64,000 nt of DNA. It comes from an uncultured Prevotella sp. Its GTDB lineage: Bacteria; Bacteroidota; Bacteroidia; Bacteroidales; Bacteroidaceae. Under the pieces are notes generated by a model that did no database searches, was not told where the DNA came from, and worked only from the letters and a program-made list of their open reading frames with translations. Shown in pieces: positions 20,401 through 29,000 of the stretch. A program made the position numbers and the translations under genes. The stretch spans positions 253-64,252 of the forward strand of contig CAJONO010000070.1 in NCBI GenBank assembly GCA_905235905.1, given 5' to 3'. The first letter of the stretch is position 1. Each line of letters opens with the position of its first letter.

Positions 20401-21673
20401 TGTACTCAAATTGAAGTTTGTCTTGGTTCTCGCCTTCACCGCCAATATACTTTGGAGCCGTCCACTCAATGGGGAAATCTTCGAGTGTGAAACGCTTGCG
20501 CACTTCGTCAAGGAAGAACGAAGGCTCGATGATGTTACAATTCTCAAGCACATAGAGCGAATCTATTTCACCATCGCCCTTACCACCGCCTTTTATCTCG
20601 GCAGAATAGTCCTCGTCATCTTCTTTCTTTTGCTGACTCTCGTCTTTCTTGTCCTCTTTCTTATCCTCTTTCTTATCCTCCTGCTTAGCGTCTTCTTTCT
20701 TTTCTGCCTTTGAGGTTAGTTGGAAAAGCCTGTAGGGACTCTTGCCATTGTTCTCGACCATCACATAGTCAAGGAGCAATGCATTAGTGTTCGAAGAAAC
20801 TGCCTCTACTTGTGCCGAATAGGTAGAAGTGGCCTTGAAATTGGTACTGATGACAGTAGGCGGAATAATGACCATGGGGGATGTCAGACCTTTAACCTGA
20901 TAGACGACAGGATTACGGTCCATGGCATTATCGGGTTGCTGATTTGGCCCCACCTCGACAACCTTGAAATTATAGGTGAAGCGTGCTGCTGTAGGATTGC
21001 AGGCCACGACAGGAGTTTTCCATGTGAATTGCGCGTTTTGTACGTCGACCTTAGCAATGGCGGCAAGTTCGAGACCCGTGACCATTGGAGTCAGGAACTC
21101 CGGAGCCTGCGCTTTATAGCATACGGTAAATGTACAAATACCACCATTAGGGTTGCTCAGTGGAACAGGGTTGGCAAGCCTTGGGTCCCATTTGTAGGCA
21201 ACGAGATTGACGCGGTATTGTCCTTCAGGCAGCAGGCCAAAGGCACCATTCAGGTAGTTGTCAAACAAACCAGGTGTTGTTTGCACCTCGTTCTTTGGCA
21301 AGTGATTGAACATGGTGCGCATTTCGACAAGCGTCAGCTGGTATGAGCTACCGGCAGGCACCGTGAATGGTTTCTTAGGAAGACGCTTGGCTGGTGTGAT
21401 GATCTGCAGACCGCTATTGGGCACCGTCTGTTCCAGTTTCAAGCAGAGATAGACGTTCTGTGCCTGATTGGTGTTGTTGGTCAGAGAGATGTTGAAATAT
21501 TTGCCCGGATTGTCGATATACATGGCGACCTGTGGAGGCAACACCTGCTGGACAGCCGACACCGACACCGATATGTCCTGTGCCAAAGAGGCCAGAATGG
21601 AGAAGCACACAACAGTGAGCGCCACCGTTATTCTCTTATACCATGCTCCGTTCATGTTCACTCTATATTTCAT
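14474..21673 (-). CDS. Giant 2399-aa exported beta-rich protein with a TANFOR-like N-terminus; function unknown
   Basis: Uninterrupted 7.2-kb ORF with a signal peptide (ASLAQ). The N-terminal VLPPQVAMY...LPEGQYRVNL region resembles TANFOR-type domains, followed by a KEDK linker and a long beta-strand region. No T9SS tail. Confidence 0.8.
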   Translation of the reverse strand: MKYRVNMNGAWYKRITVALTVVCFSILASLAQDISVSVSAVQQVLPPQVAMYIDNPGKYFNISLTNNTNQAQNVYLCLKLEQTVPNSGLQIITPAKRLPKKPFTVPAGSSYQLTLVEMRTMFNHLPKNEVQTTPGLFDNYLNGAFGLLPEGQYRVNLVAYKWDPRLANPVPLSNPNGGICTFTVCYKAQAPEFLTPMVTGLELAAIAKVDVQNAQFTWKTPVVACNPTAARFTYNFKVVEVGPNQQPDNAMDRNPVVYQVKGLTSPMVIIPPTVISTNFKATSTYSAQVEAVSSNTNALLLDYVMVENNGKSPYRLFQLTSKAEKKEDAKQEDKKEDKKEDKKDESQQKKEDDEDYSAEIKGGGKGDGEIDSLYVLENCNIIEPSFFLDEVRKRFTLEDFPIEWTAPKYIGGEGENQDKLQFEYTVELFCGNECDPEAVVKTKPIFTLTTKALSDTVRWEKIKDKAEGGSYLLLRVTPKCKNETSVRYEGDKNVVDFAMNERLTRKLFQCSATTVIESTTPTKKSIDELKKTTIGVGEYNLTIKEIQKVPGKDCYKGKGHIEWRPLGIKTMVAVKFDALYINEDDIAYDGLCITYQDDSQKNLSNSDVVDKLFSDWGIDNLIGDTSIPYSDKIQQKSTDGIKSIAQKIDLSKYYSYVKKGQSIWNTFLKGEISDLHLPLQLPKSINKTPVDIQITTMKFAPTYATMDIIGEFTLPNSNYTKNDILVFGAPRLCISPNTVLPEAGTIALLSDFNITDPKSGYEMNFKAPKNVLEPVDGCYIAWKAGKLEMLGIDVDMLIPKLVKEVNGVATKEKPVLNVRASFASWDDWMVDNVTIDPFQVEDLPGWTFTATDIVYDHSLTRNSNKLGSFPSKYDKKKSDCNSNINAWQGLYIKKIGVKFPKSLEIGTKGTDRLELAATDMFIDKSGATLDLGADKVFSAQTGKVGGWSFSLEKVGLSFVQNDFKDCHFSGKFSVPLLSGKIAYSCQIHKQTSNTKNAGQFAYVFKTQQVDNLSLDFFLAEAKFQKDQTYFLLESLPTASGQDTKVELMMGGDLTIGGTDYLNKKIKNSSLPIKFEIPGVHFCGMRLANCPNSWTSKYESSMQQAAKNAKLSGKQLYQGKEFVLANNKIYFHTGKWSLASPSKKLGPFEFSLDKYSFNYNNNKLKASIEGSIKLISGIELSASAGLSIYADVKLPSDLSKLSDISISYDKTEFEKAAFDTKFAGMEISGSLTVERNNNDREGYAGTLKFKMPGDLFYIDANGGYFKKKNGNKQFTYGWFYAAAGGKAGIPIDPVKIHRISAGFYYNCKKNGASADPEEGIIGVVAGLGLSTTAGESMLSADLDLTVVYDSKNNRLSTFLFQGKVQAVEGLVSADVNVLYQNDNRDQFFKLDITVDASADCEKLAQKVSNSSTMKSLGDLKQKLNSSYKKLTKRAAMDGLGGKTDDKQSSSVASSKSGKNGSSLSASAGAKISLQFMITMKKNGQKLSNAKWHVYLGEPEISKRCVYTFLQVKSPILSVNIGANGYVCVGNELPNNGKLPDIPYEIRKFLDGNNKSGIESADVSKANQARELSLKEFNDQIASIGGGVMFGAQIYGYLDVDLGIFYLNAGATAGFDISIVKLPSNAYCTNIKGQPGWKGWYGYGQLYAYLYAKFGLRINLGFWKKDFDVADCGIGGVFRMQGPKPSHFDGEARVKMKLLGGLVDINRKYRFSCGDECDLFMGNALDEFKLFGDLTIGYDSKDKGWADKNKIDPELLSRPCFYTEAPLKEPFRVLDETEKARLKKNYDGDPSDLDMEASRTFIFRSNVESKVTLKEYSSKNTSRYTTRTFYLKGQSRYANYIDITSLNPNCYYEMTVSGYAKEIQKGVEVDPMNWDANKKKYVSKAWNQSKTYYFCTGPRKAVEDVPDLQEYIAIAYPSYYNKIRQPSGTTSYWYSHENDVKYPTFALTTNLKGKAFNKGTLRWKLYSNSGKVLCTRNNKWVTTSSTCNMQPESAFTGFTTDGKTGYKIKLEYETSQRVNNKYVTSTEVIADIWVIPTKSNWKEGKDGSSLQYERPFVGCRINSVSWNDKRNSIEDYHVSRDPRYMLFDPYLYIGYLSNYAFVGGWEFDADRIDMNITTAQSVVYTDKGGVYEGKLGSARNASNTFKDYEKIKALSIYDRPQWSKLAKYPLPVLGGQYSYVLTGLDRAAIYRPSSKRYVQVQGYISDMYSIYQAAEKFSDAIYSYCKQIDKIDGDNKTFTNEANGMEKWYQARRGQYCSTSFNSVKLQVPCYQFPIIWGSMLANVASKKKLTLWGTLKNYASQCKKFDYARGHESNSEWVFCGLLGTENVRGDSMDKKNRHSRDAFVNNTTMQKRMKNANFSIYRVNAYDYNDCNYTINTNANGGYEESFDLSNPLTYYNQK
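20641..20703. repeat. Degenerate 12-bp coding repeat giving an EDKK charged linker
   Basis: Units such as tcctctttctta; protein EKKEDAKQEDKKEDKKEDKKDE. Confidence 0.7.
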
Positions 21674-21693
21674 AGTCTATACTGTTTTATTCG

Positions 21694-23421
21694 TTATTTT
21701 GCCTCTTTTTCGCCCTTTCTCTTGATTTCAAGCAGACTGAAGGTGTAGGTGTAGTTTAAGGACACACTAACATCGGTAATGTCGAGCGAAGAGCGTCTCT
21801 TCGTGGGATTCACGTCACCATATTTGCTGATGCCTGCCGACAATGAGAACACATGTGCTTTCTTCAACGTGTAGCCCGCCTGCAAGTCACCTGCCACAGA
21901 CAGACTTTTTGATTGGTACTTAATCTCATTATAGCACATAGATACCGTAGCCGCAATGTTCAGTGACTTGTCCTCCAAGAAATCGCGGCTGGTAGTTAAA
22001 GAGGCTACATCACTACTGTATCGGGAGTGCATACCTTTTGATAATTGGTGACTCAAGGAACACGTGAAATTCATATCCCAGTCTTTCACGCCCAGATTGT
22101 ATGACAGGCCTAAAGCTGTTGCAGTGATGTCGCTTGTGCCGGAAGAGAACTTGTTCAGGTCTTTGTTGTCAGTAAGGCTTGCCGATAACGCAATAGTATG
22201 AGAAAGTTTCTCGCCCTCGATGTTGTAAGAGGGGGTGAATGTGATGCTTTGCATGCGCCGGTCCACTCGTGTGGTGTCATTTATCCTTGCAGTACCATCA
22301 TATTGCTTTTGGGTATAGCCGTTATAGCCGACAGCAAGGTTCAGGCCGCCTAATCTGGAATTGGCATTGATAGCGTAGACAAGGCCGCGTGTTGTGTATA
22401 GCTGTTTCTTGGTGAGGTTGTCTTCCTGCCATGAGAACGAACCTGAAACCGACATATTCTTGATAAAGGTGGTACTTGCGTTTAGACCGAAACCCTGATA
22501 GTTGTTCGACATATAATAAGTGCCTAACGAGGTATAGTCAGGCTGAATCATCCGATAGAAGGCAGAAAGGGCAATACCAGGAAGCGTCAGGTTGAGCGAG
22601 GCATCGCCTGCAAAGCGCGCCAGAGAACTGTATCGTGCCTGAAAAACGCTTGACCACTGGTCGGTCTGCTCGGTGTGAACCTCCTCTGCCCGTGTGTCTG
22701 TTGAAAAAAGAGATGCTGCGGCATTGACATTCAGTGACAGGAAACGTAAAGGAGTGACTGCACCTTTCAAACCGACTACGATGTTCTCCTGTGGCGACAC
22801 TTTCTGCTGCCAGTAGTCATCGAGTGACTTCAGACGGTCATAGGCTCGCAGCAAATAGAGGTCAAGATAATTGGCACTCGATCCGTATCCGATTTTTACG
22901 CCCCATCCCAATCTCTTGTATTGTGGCGATCGGGCCAGAGGGTCGGTTGGGTCGTCATTGATTGCATTGCGAAGTACACCATAGAAAGCTCCAAAACGCA
23001 GGCGCTTTTCGTCGTTATACTCCACACCGATGCCATTGAACGACATGTTCAGAACATATTGGCTGAACGGCATTGACGACAGGCCGAAATAGCCCGTCCA
23101 GTTCTTGTAGCGTGGGTTCAGTGTGAAAGTGAAATGCGGATAGCTGAAACTTGTATTGTCATTCGAGTAATAGAATGAGAACGGCATGCTAATGCCATAG
23201 AGGTTAATGTTGAGATTGGCATAGATAACGTTACTCAAGGGCGAAGCATAGCCGTCACCCAGCGATGAGTGGTGGTAAGTGTTCTGAGTACCTACAACAC
23301 CTGTTATAACGAGTGGGTCGCTTTGGGCTATCTGACTAATGTTGCTTAGTTCAATGCTCTGAGCACCCGCTCCCAGTGTTGCCATTAGCAACAGGCATAA
23401 TATGTGATATCTCATACGCAT
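21694..23421 (-). CDS. Putative outer-membrane beta-barrel protein (575 aa) with no evident plug domain
   Basis: Signal peptide and alternating amphipathic strands throughout (FNGIGVEY, WGVKIGYG, LGLSYNLG, VSVSLNYTYTF). No TonB box or plug motif seen. Confidence 0.75.
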   Translation of the reverse strand: MRMRYHILCLLLMATLGAGAQSIELSNISQIAQSDPLVITGVVGTQNTYHHSSLGDGYASPLSNVIYANLNINLYGISMPFSFYYSNDNTSFSYPHFTFTLNPRYKNWTGYFGLSSMPFSQYVLNMSFNGIGVEYNDEKRLRFGAFYGVLRNAINDDPTDPLARSPQYKRLGWGVKIGYGSSANYLDLYLLRAYDRLKSLDDYWQQKVSPQENIVVGLKGAVTPLRFLSLNVNAAASLFSTDTRAEEVHTEQTDQWSSVFQARYSSLARFAGDASLNLTLPGIALSAFYRMIQPDYTSLGTYYMSNNYQGFGLNASTTFIKNMSVSGSFSWQEDNLTKKQLYTTRGLVYAINANSRLGGLNLAVGYNGYTQKQYDGTARINDTTRVDRRMQSITFTPSYNIEGEKLSHTIALSASLTDNKDLNKFSSGTSDITATALGLSYNLGVKDWDMNFTCSLSHQLSKGMHSRYSSDVASLTTSRDFLEDKSLNIAATVSMCYNEIKYQSKSLSVAGDLQAGYTLKKAHVFSLSAGISKYGDVNPTKRRSSLDITDVSVSLNYTYTFSLLEIKRKGEKEAK

Positions 23422-23430
23422 CAGATTAGG

Positions 23431-26034
23431 CTATTTGTTGACTCTTTTGGTGATTTTCCCGTTTGGGCTGACTACGACATAGATGCCTTTCTTGTGTTCC
23501 CTGCCCTTTGCAACATCAATGCGACGCCCCTGCAAGTCAAAGACAGAACGCATAGTCGTGTAGGACGGCCTTATGTCGTCAATGCCGGTAGAGGATGCTA
23601 CAATCTCGTAAGGATCATGCCACGAACCGGTTTTCTGTGAGAAAGCAATCGTCTGTGGCAGTATTTGCCATTGGCAGGTCCATGTGTCATAGAGTTGGAA
23701 GGTAATCATCTCTCCCATATTGCCGGCCACTGAGATGTGAATGCGGTTGGGAGCCACCGGATAGCCTATTCCTCGGCATTCATTGTCCATAAAGGCTCCA
23801 ACGATGTATCGCCCGTTGTCATTCATACCGACGACGGTAGCAACAATGGGCATGCTTTCTGGGAAACGGCTCGTGTTGCATGTGCAGGGAATTGCGGCTG
23901 CCTCTTCATTGCCGCTACGTGACGTTGCGGGGTCAGATGGCAGGTTGGAGCCAAAGTCAATGCTTTTGCCGCCATTACCCTCAGTGTAATAGATGTAGCC
24001 CTTTCCTGCCTCCAGCTTAAACACCTCTGGATATTCCCAATAAATACCGTTGAACTCGGCAAAATATTCCTTGCCTATAATCATGTCGCCTCTTTCAGCA
24101 GTATTCGTCAAATATTTGTCCAGAACTTTGAAACTATGGTCTGATTCATGTGGATATGTAATCCATGTATAGCCTTTGTGGGTTTTGGGAAGTGTCATGT
24201 CTGATGCAGAAACCAGTTGCTGATAGCCAGCATTAAACACCATTAGTGGAGCTTTGTCATCGGCAAAAGTGCTATAGACCTTGTACATGCCTTCTGTCGG
24301 GCTAAGCAGCTCAATATCACCAAAGAATCCCAGTTCTGTGTCGTTGTAAAGAATTCCTGACTGCGAACGGATTTCTATCACTTTGTTGTCCTTGTCTATC
24401 TGCATGGGTGCCACCCACTTGTCGCCCTCTTTCAGCATGATGCTGTTGTTGGTGGCCTTACTGGCTGCATATAACGATATCCAGTCCCATCCCTTGTTGA
24501 TGGGATATTCGGCAGGAATATTCAGCTGGCAGGTGCCCGTTAGCTCCTTCCCGTTATATTTGAGCTTCAATGTATGTTTGCCTGCATACTGTCCGCGCAC
24601 CGACCACTTCAGCCCCGTCTCATCGGCCATCGTAGCAGTGGCCACAGGCTCGCCGTTGGCAGCCTTGCTGAAAAGCAGCTCGACCCGCGATGGCAGGAAT
24701 ACGACATTGCCCTGCTTGGTGAGAGTTAGCGTTACATCGTGTAGCTTTGAGGCCGTCAGTTCCTGTGAGGCAAACTGCAAGGTTAATTCGGGAACGGCAC
24801 TCACCTTGACCGTGATAGTTGCCTCGATGTCAGGTACATCTTTCGAACGGAATACAACCTTCGACGTACCGACGGCTTTGGCCGTAATCTGTTTCTTCTC
24901 CATGTCGATACCGACGACGGCAGCATTCTCAATGCTGGCCTCGACGTCTTTGTTGTCGGCATTTTCGGGCAGCACCTTCAAGGTGAAGCTATAGGTGTCG
25001 CCCACGTATGCGTCGATAGTGGCGGGACTAACCTCGATCTTCGTGACGTGAACAGGCTTCTTGCTCACCGTGATGTAATAGGTAAGCGTAGCCTTCTTGT
25101 TGTCTGCCGAAATCACGACAAGGGTATCCTTACCTGCCTTCTTGGCTATGATAGTGGCAGGCGACGTCTCCGTATCCTGCTGAATATCCACGATGTCGTA
25201 GTTGTTCTTGAAGGTTACTGCCTTGTTGGTAGCGTTTTCCGGAAGAACGGCATAGTCGAGCTGTAGGCGGTCGCCTTCCTGCATCTCAATGTTGTCAGAG
25301 GTCATGTTGTTCTTGATTTCCGTGACGGCTACATAGGGGGAAGCCTGCTCAACTTTCACTGTGGCCTGTGCGGTGAAGTTGCCGGGGGTTGCTTTCACAG
25401 TGACTTTTCCCTGACCTACGGCCAAAGCCGAAATCACACCGTCGTCGCTCACCTTGAAGGCGACGGCATCGCTACTGTATTCATAATTCAGAGTGGTGAG
25501 CAGTTTAGAGGGGGTCTCGGGCATGAGCGCAGGTTTCACGCTGCGCGTCTCGCCCACCTTCAGCGTCAGCTCGGTGAAAGGCAGGCTGATGCCCGTCACG
25601 GGATTGACAGTCAGCAAGATAGGAGCCGATGGCGAACCGTAAGTGCCCTCCTGATCCTTTGCGAAGGCTTGGGTGCCTATCTGATATTCCAGCCCCCGAC
25701 TGTCGCGAAGGCGGAATGCGGTGGTGGCTTCATCGTCCTTGCCGCCCCAGACGCGCACCACGTAGACGCCCTTGGCGGCACTATTGCCAATGGAAAGCCA
25801 CTGGCTGACACCACGCAGCTCACCGCCGACGAAGGCACCAATGGCTCCGTCGACGGTGGCATACTGGCTGTTCAGGCTCTCACCAGCAGCATTTTGCAGA
25901 GAGACGTAGTAGACGGAGGATGCATGATACGGCAGCCTGTCTGCTATTTGATACCCTTGCGCCCTCAGTGCCGATGGCAGCACCGAGAGGCAAACGAGTA
26001 AAATAACTGTAATAATTCTATATCGTCTTTTCAT
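23431..26034 (-). CDS. Secreted Ig-like (Big_2) repeat protein with a T9SS-type C-terminal tail; paralogue of 26099-29203
   Basis: Signal peptide; IGAFVGGELRG; repeats containing VLPENATNK/VLPENADNK; KGWDWISLY; VGAFMDNECRG; tail FDLQGRR...KGIYVV...KRVNK. Confidence 0.85.
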   Translation of the reverse strand: MKRRYRIITVILLVCLSVLPSALRAQGYQIADRLPYHASSVYYVSLQNAAGESLNSQYATVDGAIGAFVGGELRGVSQWLSIGNSAAKGVYVVRVWGGKDDEATTAFRLRDSRGLEYQIGTQAFAKDQEGTYGSPSAPILLTVNPVTGISLPFTELTLKVGETRSVKPALMPETPSKLLTTLNYEYSSDAVAFKVSDDGVISALAVGQGKVTVKATPGNFTAQATVKVEQASPYVAVTEIKNNMTSDNIEMQEGDRLQLDYAVLPENATNKAVTFKNNYDIVDIQQDTETSPATIIAKKAGKDTLVVISADNKKATLTYYITVSKKPVHVTKIEVSPATIDAYVGDTYSFTLKVLPENADNKDVEASIENAAVVGIDMEKKQITAKAVGTSKVVFRSKDVPDIEATITVKVSAVPELTLQFASQELTASKLHDVTLTLTKQGNVVFLPSRVELLFSKAANGEPVATATMADETGLKWSVRGQYAGKHTLKLKYNGKELTGTCQLNIPAEYPINKGWDWISLYAASKATNNSIMLKEGDKWVAPMQIDKDNKVIEIRSQSGILYNDTELGFFGDIELLSPTEGMYKVYSTFADDKAPLMVFNAGYQQLVSASDMTLPKTHKGYTWITYPHESDHSFKVLDKYLTNTAERGDMIIGKEYFAEFNGIYWEYPEVFKLEAGKGYIYYTEGNGGKSIDFGSNLPSDPATSRSGNEEAAAIPCTCNTSRFPESMPIVATVVGMNDNGRYIVGAFMDNECRGIGYPVAPNRIHISVAGNMGEMITFQLYDTWTCQWQILPQTIAFSQKTGSWHDPYEIVASSTGIDDIRPSYTTMRSVFDLQGRRIDVAKGREHKKGIYVVVSPNGKITKRVNK

Positions 26035-26098
26035 GTTGTCTTGCTTTTGGTGAGATTTCTTACACCTTATTATTATATAGAGTAAAGAGAGAAGCGGG

Positions 26099-29000
26099 CT
26101 ACTTCACAACCTTCCTGCCGCGCTGCACATAGATGCCCTTACGCAGCTTGCCGTTGGCCGCATTTCCGCTTGCTACTCTGCGTCCCTGCAAATCATAGAC
26201 TTCCGAGCTCATGGCCGCCTTGTTCTCGATGGCCTCAACCGACGTTATCCCGCTCACATAAAGGGGAACGGGAGCGGCACAGGTTCCAATGCCCGAGACA
26301 AAAGCCCGAGAGCCGTCGACATCGTAGAACTGATGAGTCAGCCCGTCGTAGACGCAGAAGGTGAAGCGCTCGCCCCTCTCACCGTGGATGGTGATGAACT
26401 GGCGGTCGCCCACGGACACGCCACGGCCGCGACACTCGCCACCGGCGAAGGCATAGAGCGTGAGACGAGAGGCATCGGGCATTCCACCGATATGGGCAAT
26501 CATCGACATGTTATCGATAAAGCGGCTGTGATTGATTGTCCAGGGGTTAGGGGCATCCGTCTGTACGCGGGCGCCGGCAGATACCTCTGTCTGCTGGGTG
26601 AGACTGAACTCCGGAACAAAGTCTATCTGTCTGGTATTGGCCACGTTTATCAAATAGCCCTCGCCTGGTGTGAGATACTTCAGCTCGCCCTTCCATTCGC
26701 CATTTTCATACTTGGCAAAGGCGGTCTTACCTCTAATCTCGTCGTTCTCAGAGAAGACTGTATTGCCGAAGATGTCGCTCAGTTTTTGGTAGTACTGGTA
26801 AGGATTGCCTATCCAGTTCCAGCCCTTACGGGTCTTGATGCTCAGGGCAGAAACGGGGCCACCCGTAGGAGCAAGATTGTTGTTGTTGAGGAAGTATGTG
26901 CTCACATCGGCAGCTTCCAGGACGACGAAAGGCGTTGCGGCTTCCAGACCCTGCATACGCAGTTTGTAGGTCTTCAGCGTGTCGAGCATCGTCAGTGCGC
27001 CGAAATAGCCGAACTGCGCGTCGTTGTAGAGAACGGCTGCGTCAGAACGTATCTCGCCGAGCTTGTTGTCGAAGAGCATCCTCAGGGTGTCCTTGCCAAG
27101 CACCTGTCCCTGATAGAGTGAAATCCACTGCCAGCCGTCGTTCAGCTGCAGTTGCTGGTCGACGTTGATGGCACCCTCTCCCATAGGCTCAGACCCATTA
27201 TCCTTCCCATAGAGCACGTTGACAGTTCCGTTGCCCACGCTCTTGGTCGTGACAACCCACTTCAGGCCCGTAGCGTCGCCCTCCTTGGCCTTCACCTCTG
27301 CAAAAGTCCACCCTTGAGGCAAGGGCACCGACGGGGTGATGGTGACAGAAATCATGTTGGCATTATACTCAACGTTTTCCGGCTGTGGAGTGAGTGTCAG
27401 TTCTACGGTTTCTCCCGCTGTGGTACGGATAGACTCAACCAGGAAATGGCTCAGGCCTTCGGTAATCACGACATCGAATTTAGTATACAGGACAGTGTTG
27501 TCGATGCGGATAATGGGACGGTCTTCGTAGTTGTCTCTCTCCACATTCAGATTATCCATCACGAGAAGATTCACATCCATTATGGCCTTGCCACTATTTA
27601 CGAGCAGGAAGGTGGGACGTCCTTTTTCGTCTTCACCGTTCATGACGATGACTTCTTCATACATTTCTCCTGGTTCTTCTGCCCTTACCACGTTCATGAA
27701 GACGTCAAAGTTGCTGATGTCCATTGTATCGGGAGTCAACTTCAAGTTGCCATAGAGTTCGGCAGTAATGTCGACCGGCATTGCTTCGGGCGTAACCAGG
27801 CTGAGCGTGGGCTGCTTGGCGACAATGGCCGTAGGCTGTTTGGGAATAACCAGCACCTGTACAAGCTTGGAGGCCCCAAACTGGTCGTTAGCCGAAATCG
27901 TAAGATATTGCGCATTCTCGTCTAAGTAGATGGGGTATGTGCCATCGCAATTAGCTTGCTTGGCATAGACGATACCGTCTTTCTCTTCGAAAATCTCATC
28001 GGTGAATTTGATTGTGTACTCCTTGTTCGACGCGTTTTCAGGAACTACATTGACCATCGCCTTCAGACGCTCTGTCACGTTGTCGCCCACCTGAAACACC
28101 ACCACGGTGTCGGCAAACTGTTCAGGACCGAAGGTAAAGTCGATGATGGGTTGCACAACCTCTACCGTCAGCCTGGGGCTGGTAGTTGTGGTGCCATCTT
28201 GTGGCGTACCCGTCAGCACAGCCGTGCCTTCAATCATCGGCATAACGCCACCAGTGGGATCGGCATTTACTACGGCAGGATTGCTGCTCGTCCATTCGTA
28301 GGTAGTGGTGGCTTCGGTATCGGCCTTCTTACCCGTCAGCGTGTAGCCTCCGGGGGAAAGAATGCCCAGTAATGTGTTAGCATCGCCAACAGGCACTTTC
28401 ACCGTGCCTTTGCTGCCATCATTGGCATCCTTTGTCACGCGGCGGTCAGTCCATTCAAATGCCACGGCGGGGTTGTCTACGATAATAGTGGTGTTAGCCC
28501 TCAAGGCAAGCTCACCGACACCTGCGGTCAGCGTAATGCCGTTGCCACCATCGGTTGTCACGCCATTGGCATCGAGAATGTCATCGGCAATGGCAAAATA
28601 CATCTCAGGATAGCGGCCCCAGTCGAGAGGACGAGGAATCAGGCTGTTTTCCGGCACCACCTGTATCTGGTCATACAGATTGAGCTGTTCGCCCACATGC
28701 ACCGTAATAGTGGGAGGCAGACTGACGCTCGTGGCTGGAATGAACATTATCTTGTAGGGGTTCGATGGCGTACCATCGGTGGCTTCTTTCGAGAACTGGA
28801 CACTCGCCACGCTATCAGGAATCCAATATTCGGCTTCCGACAAGCTTACATACGAGTTCTTCCTTTGGTAAACGTGGAAGGTAATGGACTTTCCATTGTC
28901 TGATTTGCCATCGCCCCTCACTCTCAGCTGGAAGAGGTTTCCTATGTTTTCCTGCCACTCGTTGTAGAACTCCACCTGGGCTTCGCCTCGGCATTCGCTA

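Noticed and set aside
14474-23421. Classical two-partner secretion (TpsA/TpsB or CdiAB), T6SS or Rhs locus
   Set aside because: No POTRA, haemagglutinin/TPS, VgrG, PAAR or YD-repeat motifs, and no small immunity gene.
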